Assembly: GCA_002633005.1 (NCBI GenBank) | Contig: NMRA01000525.1 | Coordinates: forward strand, 3,974 to 51,036 | Direction of reading: 5' to 3' | DNA from: Phoronis australis | Lineage: Eukaryota; Animalia; Phoronida | DNA length: 47,063 nt | Part shown: piece after piece, positions 35,146 to 47,063 of the stretch | Position numbering within the stretch: position 1 is the first letter of the stretch | Layout of the letters: each line of letters opens with the position of its first letter | Notes under the pieces: generated by a model | Databases searched by the model: none | Told to the model about the DNA's origin: nothing | What the model saw: only the letters and a program-made list of their open reading frames with translations | Translations under genes and position numbers: made by a program

Positions 35146-35480
35146 AAGGGGCGTACTATGACCACATTTTTAGAATATAGAGAGAACGAGCATTTTGTAG
35201 CACTTGCAGGGAAGTAGCAAATATGGGGAGAAAACTGTCAAATTTGGTGTTTTTTGGTCCTATTTTTGTTTGCCGGCATTTTTCCCGATAGGGAATTAGC
35301 CGATTAAAAATCTGTAGCAGAATTAAGTTTCAGTTATCATGAATAGTGCTTTTGAGTTGGGAACGGCAAAAATCTTTTGTTTTTTTTTAGACTCTCGATA
35401 AGGACGTGATATAAGGACTCCACTTGGGTAAGTGTCGGCAGCCAAAACCCTGTAGTACTTGAACTGTAGTGTGCCCCCTT
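35146..35480. mobile_element. TTAA-type (Kolobok/piggyBac-like) MITE
   Basis: TAAGGGGCGTACTA...TAGTGTGCCCCCTTAA. Confidence 0.55.
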
Positions 35481-35516
35481 AACGAGCAGGAAGTTAACTA
35501 AAAGCTTGTCACTTGC

Positions 35517-35625
35517 ATCGTGGGTAGTAAGATACTGCCTACAAGTGTTGCGTCACGAGGAAATGTGACCGGCGAAAGGAATCGTGGGTAGAAGATATTG
35601 CCTGCAAGTGTTGTGTCACGAAGGA
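35517..35625. repeat. Local direct duplication, ~64-bp period x 2
   Basis: ATCGTGGGTAG(T)AAGATA.TGCCT.CAAGTGTTG.GTCACGA occurs twice. Confidence 0.85.
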
Positions 35626-36989
35626 CCAGCAAATACACTGTCGCAGTACAGTGTGTGTTAGTTCGAAGATTCACCAACAGGACTGTCACCCAATAACGAT
35701 CGAGTCCTACTGAATGAAGTTATCCCAATTGAGAGCGCCAGTGTAGTTACTCTTCTTCATTGTTAGTCTACTTATATAACAACGTGTTTCACTGGATTTA
35801 ATTAGTGGTTATCTTATAATAAATTAACTTCTGGATTTAATAATTCTCTATCCATCCACGCACAATCTCATAGCATAGCTACCTTTTAAACAAAGAAGTA
35901 ACAAAAATGTAAATCTCCAACTTCGGAATGACAGTTTTATTTGTACATGAAATATATACAGCATGTGAAAGACGCTACTTAAAATAACCAATCGTCGTGT
36001 TTCAAAAATCAAATTTAACCAACCTTTTTGTGCATTTTCCAGGTGTTTCAGAAATGCGGTCGACAAAGGTATGCATTGTGTGCGAACTTGACTCATCAGA
36101 GAATCTGGATGTTATCTCTCATCCACTAACGAGAATTGTATGGGTACCAGCAGCTGAAACTTGATCAATAGTGTTGACATGTTATGGCCGCCAGACTGTG
36201 AATTTTGTGAGACTGTTTTAATCTGTAAATTGCTACATACAGCACAAGTTGGTGACAGTGTTGGACTAAAACTCGAGCTATTAACGTATAGGTCAGAGCT
36301 GCGTGTATTTCGTTGCATAACCCAGAAGAGTGCTAAAACTACTGTAAAGCCACGCTTATATGTATGATAGCGTTTACACCCGACTTTATATTTACACTCC
36401 AGTCTATCTTTACGTACGATGTGTATTTTTGCCATGTGAACGCAAATACAACCGGGTGTAAAGCTGCACTGCAGTGCATAATTACTCCACCTCCAGAGCC
36501 AAATACACACCTGGAGCATGTGAACGAGATTTAAATTCATGCGAGGGTAACAAAGCAAGATCACTCCGCCAAAAATGCCATTACATTTTTTTCTGTGGTC
36601 TTTTCTCTTCTTAAAGCAACACCACTTTCTATAAAATGTCCTAAAGATCCTCTGTTGTGTGTGGTTTGGTATGCCTTATTTTATTGAAATGGACGGCACC
36701 GCCTCCGCAGCTGCTGCAGCAAGGTAAAACTTTCACCGACAGCTTTTTATTGCCACGGTTTCACTCGGTAGGCACCATCTCAATAAGCATACCTGTAACT
36801 TTTCCAACAATGCGGTTATCAAATCCTGCACTTATTCATTACGACTTGGTTCCAACGGTGTTTTATTTGTTTGTAATACGTTAGAGGAAACTGTGTAGGC
36901 CGGCCTTGTACAAGGGCATCCGCCACTTCACAATCACCGTTGGTCTGTGTTTTCTTCATTATCAAATGTGTTTTGCCACCAGCCCATCG

Positions 36990-37120
36990 ATCTTTCTTAA
37001 AACGTTCATACTTTACGTTTGCGATTTAGTTCCAAAAGCAATGAAACTTGGTGATCGATACCAGAGCCTCAGAGCTGCCCAGATTTAAGAAAGTGTTCAA
37101 GAAGAATCTTTTCTTCACAA
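36990..37120 (+). mobile_element. Possible 3' end relic of a CR1/L2-type LINE ORF2
   Basis: LVPKAMKL then, in another frame, ELPRFKKVFKKNL; resembles P.T.RLWN.LP...FK..LK..L. Confidence 0.35.
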
Positions 37121-37494
37121 ACAAGCGCTGCTTATGTCGAGTTTGTTGTGGAATGTATAGAGTACTGAGCGCAAATATTGTTTTTCTTTTCTCCCACACG
37201 AACGCGTTGTAATTTTACAACACTCGGATGTAGCTTTGAATATGGTATATATTTACGTACGGGTCTGAAAGTGCTGCATATAAACGGGGCTTAACTTTTT
37301 GTATTTCTCATAAATTTTGTTTTGTCCGACACGTAATGACTATCTGAAGCACCGGATGCGTCCTCTCACGAAAGTGAGGTAAAGCTATCACATCCCCTCC
37401 TCTACACCAAGTTTGAGCGTTGGATTTATAAAAGGAAAAATGGGGGCAAATGCCACGAAAACCCTCCAAGAGCCCCCACCACTTCGAGAGGGGA

Positions 37495-37615
37495 CCCTTA
37501 AAAACAAGAAATAGTGGCAGTTGATTCCATATTCGGGGCGCCTGCAGAAGATGTGTAATTCCGCAATAGGAATAGCAAAGCCAGGACCTGCTCCGAGAAC
37601 GGGCCCGCTTCACAT
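37495..37615 (-). mobile_element. L2-type LINE ORF2 3' end relic
   Basis: APRIWNQLP matches the AP.LWN.LP motif. Confidence 0.5.
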
Positions 37616-40600
37616 GAAAGGGTCAACATTATTAGTGGAAAGAGTAATGATGGATTTCATCATCGGGCGCATACCCCAAAAGGGGTCCCTTTAACATAAA
37701 ATCTATAGCTTCACAAAACCGCGGTTTGTTCAGTCATTGGTATACCGTCTGAGAGCAGACCCCATTAAGACCAAAGGATAAATGTAAAAAAAAACGAAAC
37801 AATAAATGAGCGGCAGTTGGTGTCATGATCGGGAGGTGGGTCTAGTATAAAAGGATGTAATGTTTCAAAAACAAAAGCAAAGCGGCAATTGGTGCCATTG
37901 TCACGTGCACGAGGCAGACCTTAACATGATAGTATCCATAGTGACCTAGGTAGAGAGTCTACAGCTATTTGAACATTGTACAAACACACCGCAACGAAAA
38001 CTGACATCTCCAGTCACATAAGGGCTTGCAAGTCACCTTGAAAACAAAAACAACAAAATACTAACAGAAGACTAATTATACGGTAATTTTTACAGTAATT
38101 CTTTTCTTCGTTCTAAGGCTTGAAGAATTGTTGGAAATTTTTCTAGTTGTAGTTGTAGTTGTTATTGTTATTATTATTAAACATAAACACCTACCATGCA
38201 TTTATGAACAAAATATAAACACAGATATCCGAGAGCTTTGCAAAACATTAAAATGGTGTGTTCGAATTTAAAACTCTGTATATATTTACTCTGAAAGCTG
38301 CGCATGTCAAATATGTTCAGATCTTTGAATGTACGGTAGAATGCCCTACTTCAAGTGCTTGTAGACAATTCATGGAAAAAAAATTATTCAGAACATGGTC
38401 CCTGACAAAAGTAAAGAGTATATCCGCCACTAACTACAACCTTGGCTTATCACGGATCTGCTTTTACAGTATTGTTTTTATGATTTCTCAGTATTTTTAT
38501 ACCCCCAGCAAAGCAGCAATACTGAGTNAAGCAGTACAATAGAGGATCTAGCTTTTATGAAAAGGGAGGTCCAAGGAAAGCGACACTTTTCTAAAGAGAA
38601 TTCTATACCACAAACCATGAGTAGAAACCCAGTAATGGAATTGAGTGTAGCGATCTGTGCGCCCAGCGGTCTATTATTTCCCGTTTGCGGTTTACCTCTT
38701 CGCCTGTGTTGTAATGTTTTATAATTTTTTGGCAATACTACTCGTCCGGGTTAACCCCCAGGTCACTTGAAACTCAAAAATCAGGGGATGAGCGTCACGC
38801 CAAGCATGGGCTTAATCGCCACAACGACCGACAGTCGCAGATTGTTGCATTGATATTAAATTTTCACATGCAAGAGCCAAACGAAAAGTCACCTGAATCT
38901 ACGTAAACACTGCACTGTTTGTTAGTCACAGGTAAGTAAATCAACAATTTGTAATTAGGTGTAGGCGTTCAAATGAGCTACTGGAAATTTATTATAAATC
39001 GTGTTTGTTGAATGTCATTGATAAAACATCACGATGTATTGACACAAATTGCATTTTAATAACTGTCATGTATAAAGCCCCCATCTTAAATCTATGCCTT
39101 TGTTTTTGTAAAATATATTAATGTATACAAAAGTTCAATTTTCCGTTGATTGAATAGTAAACCGTGCTAAGCTATGACATTCGCTGAGTTGATGTCGAGT
39201 AGTCGTCGTCGGCTAGACTAGAAACCTTAAGCCATGTTAATAACGTTTAGCCACTCATACACTTCATTAGGAAAATTTGTGACAATAGACATTACAGATT
39301 TTTGAATAAGGATTTCAAGGTGTTTACTCGTCGTCTTGATTTATCAAACTTTCGCGAGATAAGAAGAAATGATACAGTTTCACACATACATCGATTTGCC
39401 TTGTTGATTTCTTCTCACGAACTATAGTCATAGATTGCGTTTTTAAGCTATATAACTTTTCAAGTCTATAACATTTTTCTCGGTGATCTCTCGACTTCCG
39501 GACACTTCACCTGGGGAGTCCTCTTAGACTTGCGGACATCTGCCTCGCGTTTACGTCTACCCTTTGTAAGATAGTCGGCTGTTGTGTCCTATTGAGTAGT
39601 GGGGTGGATCGCTTGAAAAAACTAATGTCGGGCAGTCAATTTTTCATGAAAGCCGGTTTTTGTGATTATTTAGAAAAGCAAAAATTTAAATCGTGACGCA
39701 AGTGACTGTAAGTGAATTAAAAAACATGTCCATGGAATGTGTCGGGTTATTTTTGTGTGGGCCAATTTTTAACTTGGTCAATTTAGACGTTTTCATAGCA
39801 TAAGGGGCATAGGTCCGAACGGTAAGTGAGGGCGTTCTTCAGTGTATGGTAACAATTCGGATATTACCTGAAAACCCCTGAGGTCTCGTGAAAGTGACTT
39901 TAAGACTTAAGACAGAAAGTTGGTTTTTCACTCCCACTTACACAATTGCAAAAAAAAACGTTTAGCCCTGTAATTATACGCGCGCCTTAAAGTCTAGGAA
40001 TGATTTATAGAAATTATATCCGTAACTAGCAGTTAAGTGTACACTCTGAAAGACCGCTCTTTTGGTTAAGTGAGATTTATAATTATTTTTTCTGAAATAG
40101 TTGAATAAAACGTGAGACCAAATTCCTGGCTTCGCCTTAAGTCACATTTCAGGAGGCAGACAAATTTGCGAATGGCATCACCAGCTAACATGTTCCTGTT
40201 GCATTCGACTGGGTTACGACGAGAGTGAAGGTAACTGTTCTTATTCAACTTTTCCCGAAATGAAAATTCTTGATTATCTTGGAGATTTGTCAGTCTTTAT
40301 CATTGTTCCAAGATCCACTGCAAGTGTAAATGCATCAATAGAAAAGTGAAGTAAACGGAAACACCAAAAACGGTTAGTTTTTCTTGAACCTTGTCTTGAC
40401 TGGTACAACGTGTAAACTTAATTACTTCCTACAATATGTTAAAAGCAACGTTGTGACCACGCTGAAGTCTTTGTAGGCTAAATGGAAGGTGGTGGTGAAT
40501 ATGTTTTCATAAATATGTTCAAATTGATGTTTCGGTTAGAACTTAAACCATCTTCAGTGCTGCCTCGCAGAATCAAAGGAGACACCAAGTATCTGTAGTC

Positions 40601-41658
40601 CAGGCAGTCATCGACGGAGGGAAAATAGAGATTAGGGATCACCGCGCAAACCTCTGTATCAGTATGGCGGGAGTCATGGAGAGAGCTGTAGTCTTGTTGA
40701 TATGATATTGTTATTGAGTGAAATGAATGTACAAGGGTTTCTCAATTGACATGTAAAACACCGTACTTGACCGCAGTGATGGTGTATACCTGCATGATTG
40801 ATTGTAGGGATTTCCTGGGTTTTAAGTTGGCTTGACAACATAGTGTCCGTCAGCTCATAAACGATTATAAAACATTAGTCGTTGACAAAGGACTGTAGAC
40901 AGCAGTCCGAAAAGTACGAACTCACAAATTTTAGTCTCTGAGTAAGTTGATTCTACTTATACCGATTATAAAACATACGAAAGTGCCATCTATCGACACT
41001 CGGTGGCTACTCAGTATGCGATTGATTTTGACAATGAACATATTATTTGTTACAAAACAACACCCATTGTTTATGTGTCAAAAAGTCCCTGCACTTTCTC
41101 GAATCGAAAGCGTCCATGTAACTCAGCATCCCAATGACACGCTGAACCGTTTTCTTGGGTCGCTGATGATTTCAATATTATAGTTAGTAACGGGAATAGA
41201 ATCCTAGTATAGTATAAGGAATATTATGAGACCAACTTTGTGAGAATTAAAGGCTCAGCTATCGTTTTAGCCAGCTAAACAAGGCCTAATACAGCTTTAA
41301 TAACTGGTTGGATTATTTGGATAGTCCGGCAGTAATACATCCAGAATAACAAAATCCAGGGATTTGTTAAGCCAAGCACACCTTCTGTCATGATTTTTTA
41401 TTAATAATACCCAATCATCGTAACATTGACTTCGACAAAGTGATTTCTGGAATAGGGTCGTCACGGATTACTCAGTGATAGATTTCTCCTTTGTCGCGCG
41501 TGCCTCGGTTTGGAATGTTGGATATCTTTGGTAGTTTATCGGTTGTCGATACATTGGTTCGAAGAGTCAGTGGTCACAATAGCGGAAATGAAGAATTCGA
41601 TAATTCTGACCACAGAGGGCTCCCGCAACAACGTGGTGTCTTCTCTCTGTGGAAGACC

Positions 41659-42420
41659 TTATATTGGTGTTTTGATCGATTGACCAGTTCTTTTGTAAAT
41701 TTGAAATTTAAACTGTATTCCGAACGGCAAGACTGAAGATGGGCAAGAACAATCCCTAAAAAATTGGAACCCCATCTTTGCGAACAATCGTCTTGCATCG
41801 TTGTTAAAAGTAATAACCTCTAGCCCAGTTCCTAAAGATCCTATCTGATCGACATGCTTAAGAGCATTTGCGATCAATCTTCGCCCGATTCCTTGTCTTT
41901 GGAACTCTTTCAAAACGCCGATGCAGCAAAGTCGCGACCATCCTGGCATAAGGGCGTGTTCCTCCTCTAAAACGACAAAGCCCACTATATTTTTCCCACT
42001 TCGCACTATCCAACATGCAGTGGTGTCGCGATTCAACGCGTCCAGTAGATACAGGCCATGTTTTTTCCTGCGGAGAAAGCTCATACTAACTAATAAACTA
42101 CGAACAGTTATCAAAATTGCGAATCCTAGCGTCAATGCTATTCCGTGTGGCCATCCGAGCTGGAGGAGTGACAAAATATACACTAGTCCAACGTATAGCC
42201 ATGTTACGGGATGCTTCCACACAGCTCGGACAAACTTGTGCAAGTAAACTTCTTCTAGCCGATATTGGTTAACCTCACAAATAACTTTAGTTTCTTGACA
42301 ACTTCTTTCAAAACGGCAAATTTCGATTTTGCGAATGGTGTTGTTCATGACGTAGAAGCAACGTGAATCCAACAAGAAATCTGGGTGGAAATGAACACTT
42401 GAGGCTTTGTGCGTGTTCAT
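41659..42420 (-). CDS. Membrane-anchored GNAT N-acetyltransferase, NAT8/camello-like (start at 42420 or 42348)
   Basis: Hydrophobic hairpin (VTWLYVGLVYILSLL...IALTLGFAILITV) ahead of CWIV...IVGFV, acetyl-CoA motif A V..EFQRQGIGRRL and motif B N.DARRLFAKMGF; uninterrupted ORF. Confidence 0.9.
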   Translation of the reverse strand: MNTHKASSVHFHPDFLLDSRCFYVMNNTIRKIEICRFERSCQETKVICEVNQYRLEEVYLHKFVRAVWKHPVTWLYVGLVYILSLLQLGWPHGIALTLGFAILITVRSLLVSMSFLRRKKHGLYLLDALNRDTTACWIVRSGKNIVGFVVLEEEHALMPGWSRLCCIGVLKEFQRQGIGRRLIANALKHVDQIGSLGTGLEVITFNNDARRLFAKMGFQFFRDCSCPSSVLPFGIQFKFQIYKRTGQSIKTPI

Positions 42421-43571
42421 AAGGGTCGCGTTGAATAGAACTGGACAAATGTATAACAACAAACAGACCCGTACTCACACTGCAGATTTCATATCGACAG
42501 CAAATTAATCTAAATGAATAACATCGTGTAGAAACAATCACCGTGCCTCAGCATAAAGAATAACCTCGGCGGCTTATCTTCATGTTCTTGTTTTGTGGCT
42601 GCACGAGTCTCATCACAAAAGTGACGTAATCGGCCACAATGAAGTGTGAATGAAATGCGCAAATTTAAACAGAATTACACACTCTTATTCGGCACAACTT
42701 TGTTGGTTTCTGTACGACGTTTTCGTAAGCATTATGTACACGTAGGCCTACATCTGTATCCTATACAAAGTGCCTGAGGTAATTGTAGGGTTCGTCCGGC
42801 TTTTTTAAATTGGCTTGGATATCACTAATCGACTTCGCTAAAGTCATTTTTTTAAAAACATTTATCACATATTTGTGTGAATATGGTCATGGAATACCAC
42901 CATGGAATACTCCATTCAATACGGGAAAGTAGAACCAATCCGTATTCAAAATTGAGACCGTAATCCACGGTTGGTGCACCGTCTCCTGGTGGAGTAAATT
43001 CGCTCGTACGACGGCAATTTTGTTTGATCTTGCCGTTTCATTTGGACTACCTAAAACGTTCATTCAAGAGATCGTTCTTGAAAAAAGCAGTTTTACTGTT
43101 CTAAAAACCATAAAATTTCAGGAAAGATTTACCGTTGAAAATTCCGACGCACGGTGATCACTGAGGATGCTATTTAATTTAGCCTCGCTTTAATCAATAT
43201 GAGTGTGACTCATCAGAAATAGGTCAAATGCCTACACAAGGTCCCAACAAAATCGGGTAATGTCTAATTCAAATCAAACGAAAACGTTTTGTTAAGAATG
43301 CATCTATTATATAAAATGCAAAGTTCACACGAACTCCGTCTCCTCCGCTCCACTACAGACCGTTGCACCCATTTCGGTACCACCTTTGTCTTAGGTAGTG
43401 CACAAGGCCTCTATTTAGATTCGAAGTGTTCTATGTTTTTTCGCGGTCCGTTTTTTGCGGATGCGTTGGGAAGGCTGGCCAGTACGAAATTGGTGACGTC
43501 ATTTCGTCAGCTAATGTCCAAAGCACATGGCAACGAGATATCGCCACCATGCAAATAAGTTACTATTCATG

Positions 43572-43753
43572 GAATAAATAAGTTATCCTAAATACACAGG
43601 AATAATATTACGATATCCTTTGTCGAATTCATATTATCTGAGAGTGTTCCAACGAGACTGAATGTGGAATTGGAACATTCCTAAATGAAATGAATTCTCG
43701 ATAGGATATAGCAGTCGTATTCCTATGTATGTGGGATAACCTACTTTTATTTC
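43572..43753. mobile_element. Imperfect palindromic MITE, ~180 bp; arm fragment also at ~43998
   Basis: AGTTATCCTAAATACACAGGAATA pairs with TATTCCTATGTATGTGGGATAACC; inner GTTCCAA / TTGGAAC. Confidence 0.7.
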
Positions 43754-44588
43754 GTTCATTTTCAGCAGAATTTCATCCTTGTTTCATAAAGTTTATTATC
43801 AAACCAAAAAAATACCTTAGTGACTATCCGTGCACTATTTAGCTTCTTCTTGGTAATTACTGTTGCTCAGTATTTCATTCTCATTGTGGCACCCAACAAT
43901 GTACGCAGTGAAGAGCGAGACATTTTTTGTACGCTGAAGTAACTGTTATCAAGAAGTACAAAAAATACTATACGCCCTGGCAGATACCAAATATACATAT
44001 AGGTTATCCTACAAACATAGGGACATTACTGCCATTTCTATAGCCAAGTTTTCTCCTGAGGTCATTAGAACTGCTTCGAGTAACGCAGTTTGTGTCTGGA
44101 TCATGGTGTACGTGCCTAATCCAATTACATAAAGTAAACACCTGGGGCATCAAGTTTCTTCACAAAGCAGTTCACTAGCAGAGCGCACTGGGCTAGTTCT
44201 GTGACTTTCACTCTTCAAATAACATAGCTCCTCTCATAGGTGGACAATTTTTCTTCATTCGAAGTTCCTGTGACGTATTTCATTTAGAAAACAAACCCCT
44301 GTGAAAGCGAGATTTCAGAATTTTATGAGTGAAGAGCAACAACCAAATTGGACATCTAAGACGCATATTAACTGTCTTCCGCTGAGCGATCAGGCTAAAA
44401 ATTTGAAGTGCAGACGCCAGCCAAGGCTGTTCGTTTCCGACCGTAGAGGTCAAAACTCTGGTCAGAACTCAGGAGAAAATTTGGTACTGCTATCGAAGCT
44501 TCATGACTGGGAATGTTCCAACGAGAAAATGTGAGGTTACAAAATGGCAGACGATTTAGTTGTAGCCGGTGAACCAATCCTTCCTTAA

Positions 44589-45208
44589 AAGAGAATGCCA
44601 AGCGACTAATTTCGTTTTTTACCGTCTTAATCGGTTTATATCCACATCACCTAGCATTCGGTCGATCTCACCTCGCCCAGAAATGTCGCGCTAACCTGTG
44701 AGGAAGGTGAGTACACGGCACAGCGACGTCAGTGGTTCTTCAGCTGAGTGTGTGCCGCTACGGTGTGGCTTATTGTTCCCGCTTGTGTGAACTATGAAGC
44801 TGCGAGGAAAGAAGGTTTATCTTTTTTTGATTTTCTCGAAAACACGAAATTCTTCGGAAGTGGTTTGCTGCAGCAAAGAATGAGACCGAGAAATATCTCC
44901 GTGTATGTGGCGGGCATTGTTCAGTTTTAAAATGAATTATTCTCACCCTAACCGATGTTTATTAAACTGTAACACAGTGTCTCTATAGACTGTCTCATTA
45001 CATACAATTTGTAATGTCTTTGGAATATTCGTGAGTGCAAATGTTTTGAGAAACCAACAATAAATAAATCATAAAATGACACTAATTGACCGGGCACCCG
45101 AGGCCTTGTGAGTGCATGCTAATTCAGTGTTTGCTGACAGAAAGCTGTCATGAAACAATAACTCGATTTTATATGCTATGGTCAGACTTTACGGGAATCT
45201 TTATTTAG

Positions 45209-45246
<38 letters not shown>

Positions 45247-46001
45247 TATTCGAATCACTGTTATTGCACACCTTTTGCCCTGTACAGTTCTGTGGAAGGT
45301 GAACCTGACTTTGAGAGCTCTGTAATTTTGCGGCGTTTTCACCAAAATATGCACGTGCACATTCTTTCTTTGGTTCACTAGTCTAGTCTTTTCGTGACTG
45401 GGTGTTTAACTTTTAACTTTGGCAGCCGGCTAACCGGGCTGGTTTATGTTCGTGATGTCCCCAGTCCGGCTACGGGCCTAATCGGGTTCCGAGCTACTGG
45501 GTTACAACGAGCGTTTTGAGTGACTTTAGAACAGAAAAAAAATCGCAAGTCAAAAACTAAAACACACAGTTGTGCTCTCTTGTCTGTATTTCACGGAAGA
45601 ATAATTCTAATTGATCACTGAACAGATCTTAACTTCCCTCCACTCGCGACCTCGGTAAGTTGGCCTACCGAACTTTATCGGTTACGGTACGTCCAAAATT
45701 TCTATAAATCCGTAACAACTAAATAAAACAACCAGTTTGCTTAAAAACTCAATGTATTTGTAAGGGGTTTGCACCGAATTTTGCTGATTTATTGATGTAA
45801 AACGATGAAGTCAAGCTGACACCAGTAAGCTGCAGTAAACTGCTGAACGGACTGCGTTAGAAACTATGACGTCATTGGTTAATCTTAGCACTTCCGTTTG
45901 CCGTCAGGTGTCAAGTAAAATCTACTGAACTAGCTGTTATGGAGTGGAACTACTTAGTCTAAATTGATACAAAATACTTGTTTTTTCGGTGTTATTCCCC
46001 T
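44589..46001 (+). mobile_element. Kolobok-like THAP transposon deletion derivative, copy 2, both ends present, TTAA TSD
   Basis: TTAA|AAGAGAATG ... TCGGTGTTATTCCCCT|TTAA; THAP relic (IVPACVNY...GLSFF...KYLRVCGGH) at ~44760-44920. Confidence 0.85.
45211..45245. repeat. (AC)n microsatellite
   Basis: Perfect dinucleotide run. Confidence 0.98.
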
Positions 46002-46098
46002 TTAACAACATGCTCATAAATTCTTTAAAAAGGGCAGGAACAGGTTGGAAGTCCTTACATTGAAAGTGTAGCATTTCGTCATACATACATGTAAGCTC

Positions 46099-46588
46099 CG
46101 CCATTTTCATTTTTACCTCTCAGAGAAATCGTAAACTAAAGCATTCTAGCATTCTCTTAGCTCATTGACTGGCATTTCGGTCACTACATGTACATGACAA
46201 AAATTGGGACTACAAGGTGGCAGACGAATTGATTCGTCCGACGGTATCCTATACTCACCCAGAGACCTATCGTCTTTGACTCAGCTCTTAAACAGAACTG
46301 AAGGGCCATCGGGGTAGTTTTCACCGATTTGTGGAATGGGCATAAATCAAAAGAATGATAGAAAAATATTCGTTCAATGTGTTAGTACTAACCAAACTGA
46401 ATTCCCTTGGCATACATAGGGAACCGGTTATATTTCGCCTCTTTTTACCTATCTCTAACAACGACGAATCAAATCGTCTGCCACTTTATAATCTCACTTT
46501 TACCTAGTGATGTCATACAATAACCCGAATGCAGCCAATCAGTCATGTAAATACTTCGATTCACGAGTTCACAAAAATACAAATGGCG
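46099..46588. mobile_element. Inverted-repeat element, ~490 bp
   Basis: AAGGTGGCAGACGAATTGATTCGTC (46214) / GACGAATCAAATCGTCTGCCACTTT (46463); outer CGCCATTT / AAATGGCG. A related fragment lies at ~44531. Confidence 0.7.
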
Positions 46589-46969
46589 TAACAACAAGCG
46601 ATTACTAGAAAAATGTTTAGTCTTCGAGTAAATAAGTGTTTTCGAAGGTTTGATTTCCGTGCAGTATTATTTCTGCAGATGAACGTTTTCACGCGATCGA
46701 AATTTTGACGTGTGCAGGAATTTTTTATATTGAAAAGTTGGTGCTGTTCATTTACAATACACTTATGTTACCGTGCTCTTAAGTATTTTACTTGCTAGAA
46801 AGGCATTACAAGAATTGTTACCCAGAGATAGGACGTTTTTAGTTGTAGTCTTAGTTAGAACAGAGGGTGGTAATGTCAAATAAGTACACTCTGTACTTCA
46901 GTTACCACCTGTTCCAGATACACATGAACTGTATCTTTATCACGTAATGTTGCATGTATTTGGAAATAA

Positions 46970-46973
<4 letters not shown>

Positions 46974-47063
<90 letters not shown>
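46974..47063. repeat. (TC)n microsatellite running to the window end
   Basis: Perfect dinucleotide run. Confidence 0.99.

Noticed and set aside
36112-36564. 150-aa minus-strand ORF
   Set aside because: Non-ATG start, no domain motifs and no clear splice signals.
40480-40650. VDDCLDYRYLVS as an RTE-type reverse transcriptase thumb motif
   Set aside because: Lacks the YLG glycine and flanking motifs; not distinguishable from chance.
41491-42247. Plus-strand ORFs over the GNAT gene
   Set aside because: Antisense shadows with no motifs.
45178-45381. ORF with a THTHTH repeat
   Set aside because: Translation of the (AC)n microsatellite inside a transposon.

Overview
Eukaryotic, AT-rich, repeat-dense animal genomic DNA with the look of an invertebrate draft contig: GT-AG spliced exons, short introns, frequent TACATGTA, a few Ns, a C-rich tract at the start and (TC)n at the end. 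The taxon cannot be determined. Three protein genes are recognisable, all on the minus strand: a spliced DUF3293-like gene (main exon 1863-2528), a complete single-coding-exon inward-rectifier K+ channel (Kir/KCNJ, 17642-18952) with unusual PIP2-site and G-loop residues, and a membrane-anchored NAT8/camello-type GNAT acetyltransferase (41659-42420). A possible small 3-exon orphan gene lies at 325-795. Most of the rest is transposon material. This includes a nested ~3 kb hAT-type element with a 5-bp TSD that carries an intron-containing transposase relic and has MITE derivatives, two Kolobok-like THAP elements with TTAA ends, several MITE and foldback families, tRNA-derived SINEs, LINE fragments and minisatellites. 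No CRISPR array, rRNA or bona fide tRNA gene is supported. All family assignments come from reading motifs by eye, with no database search.
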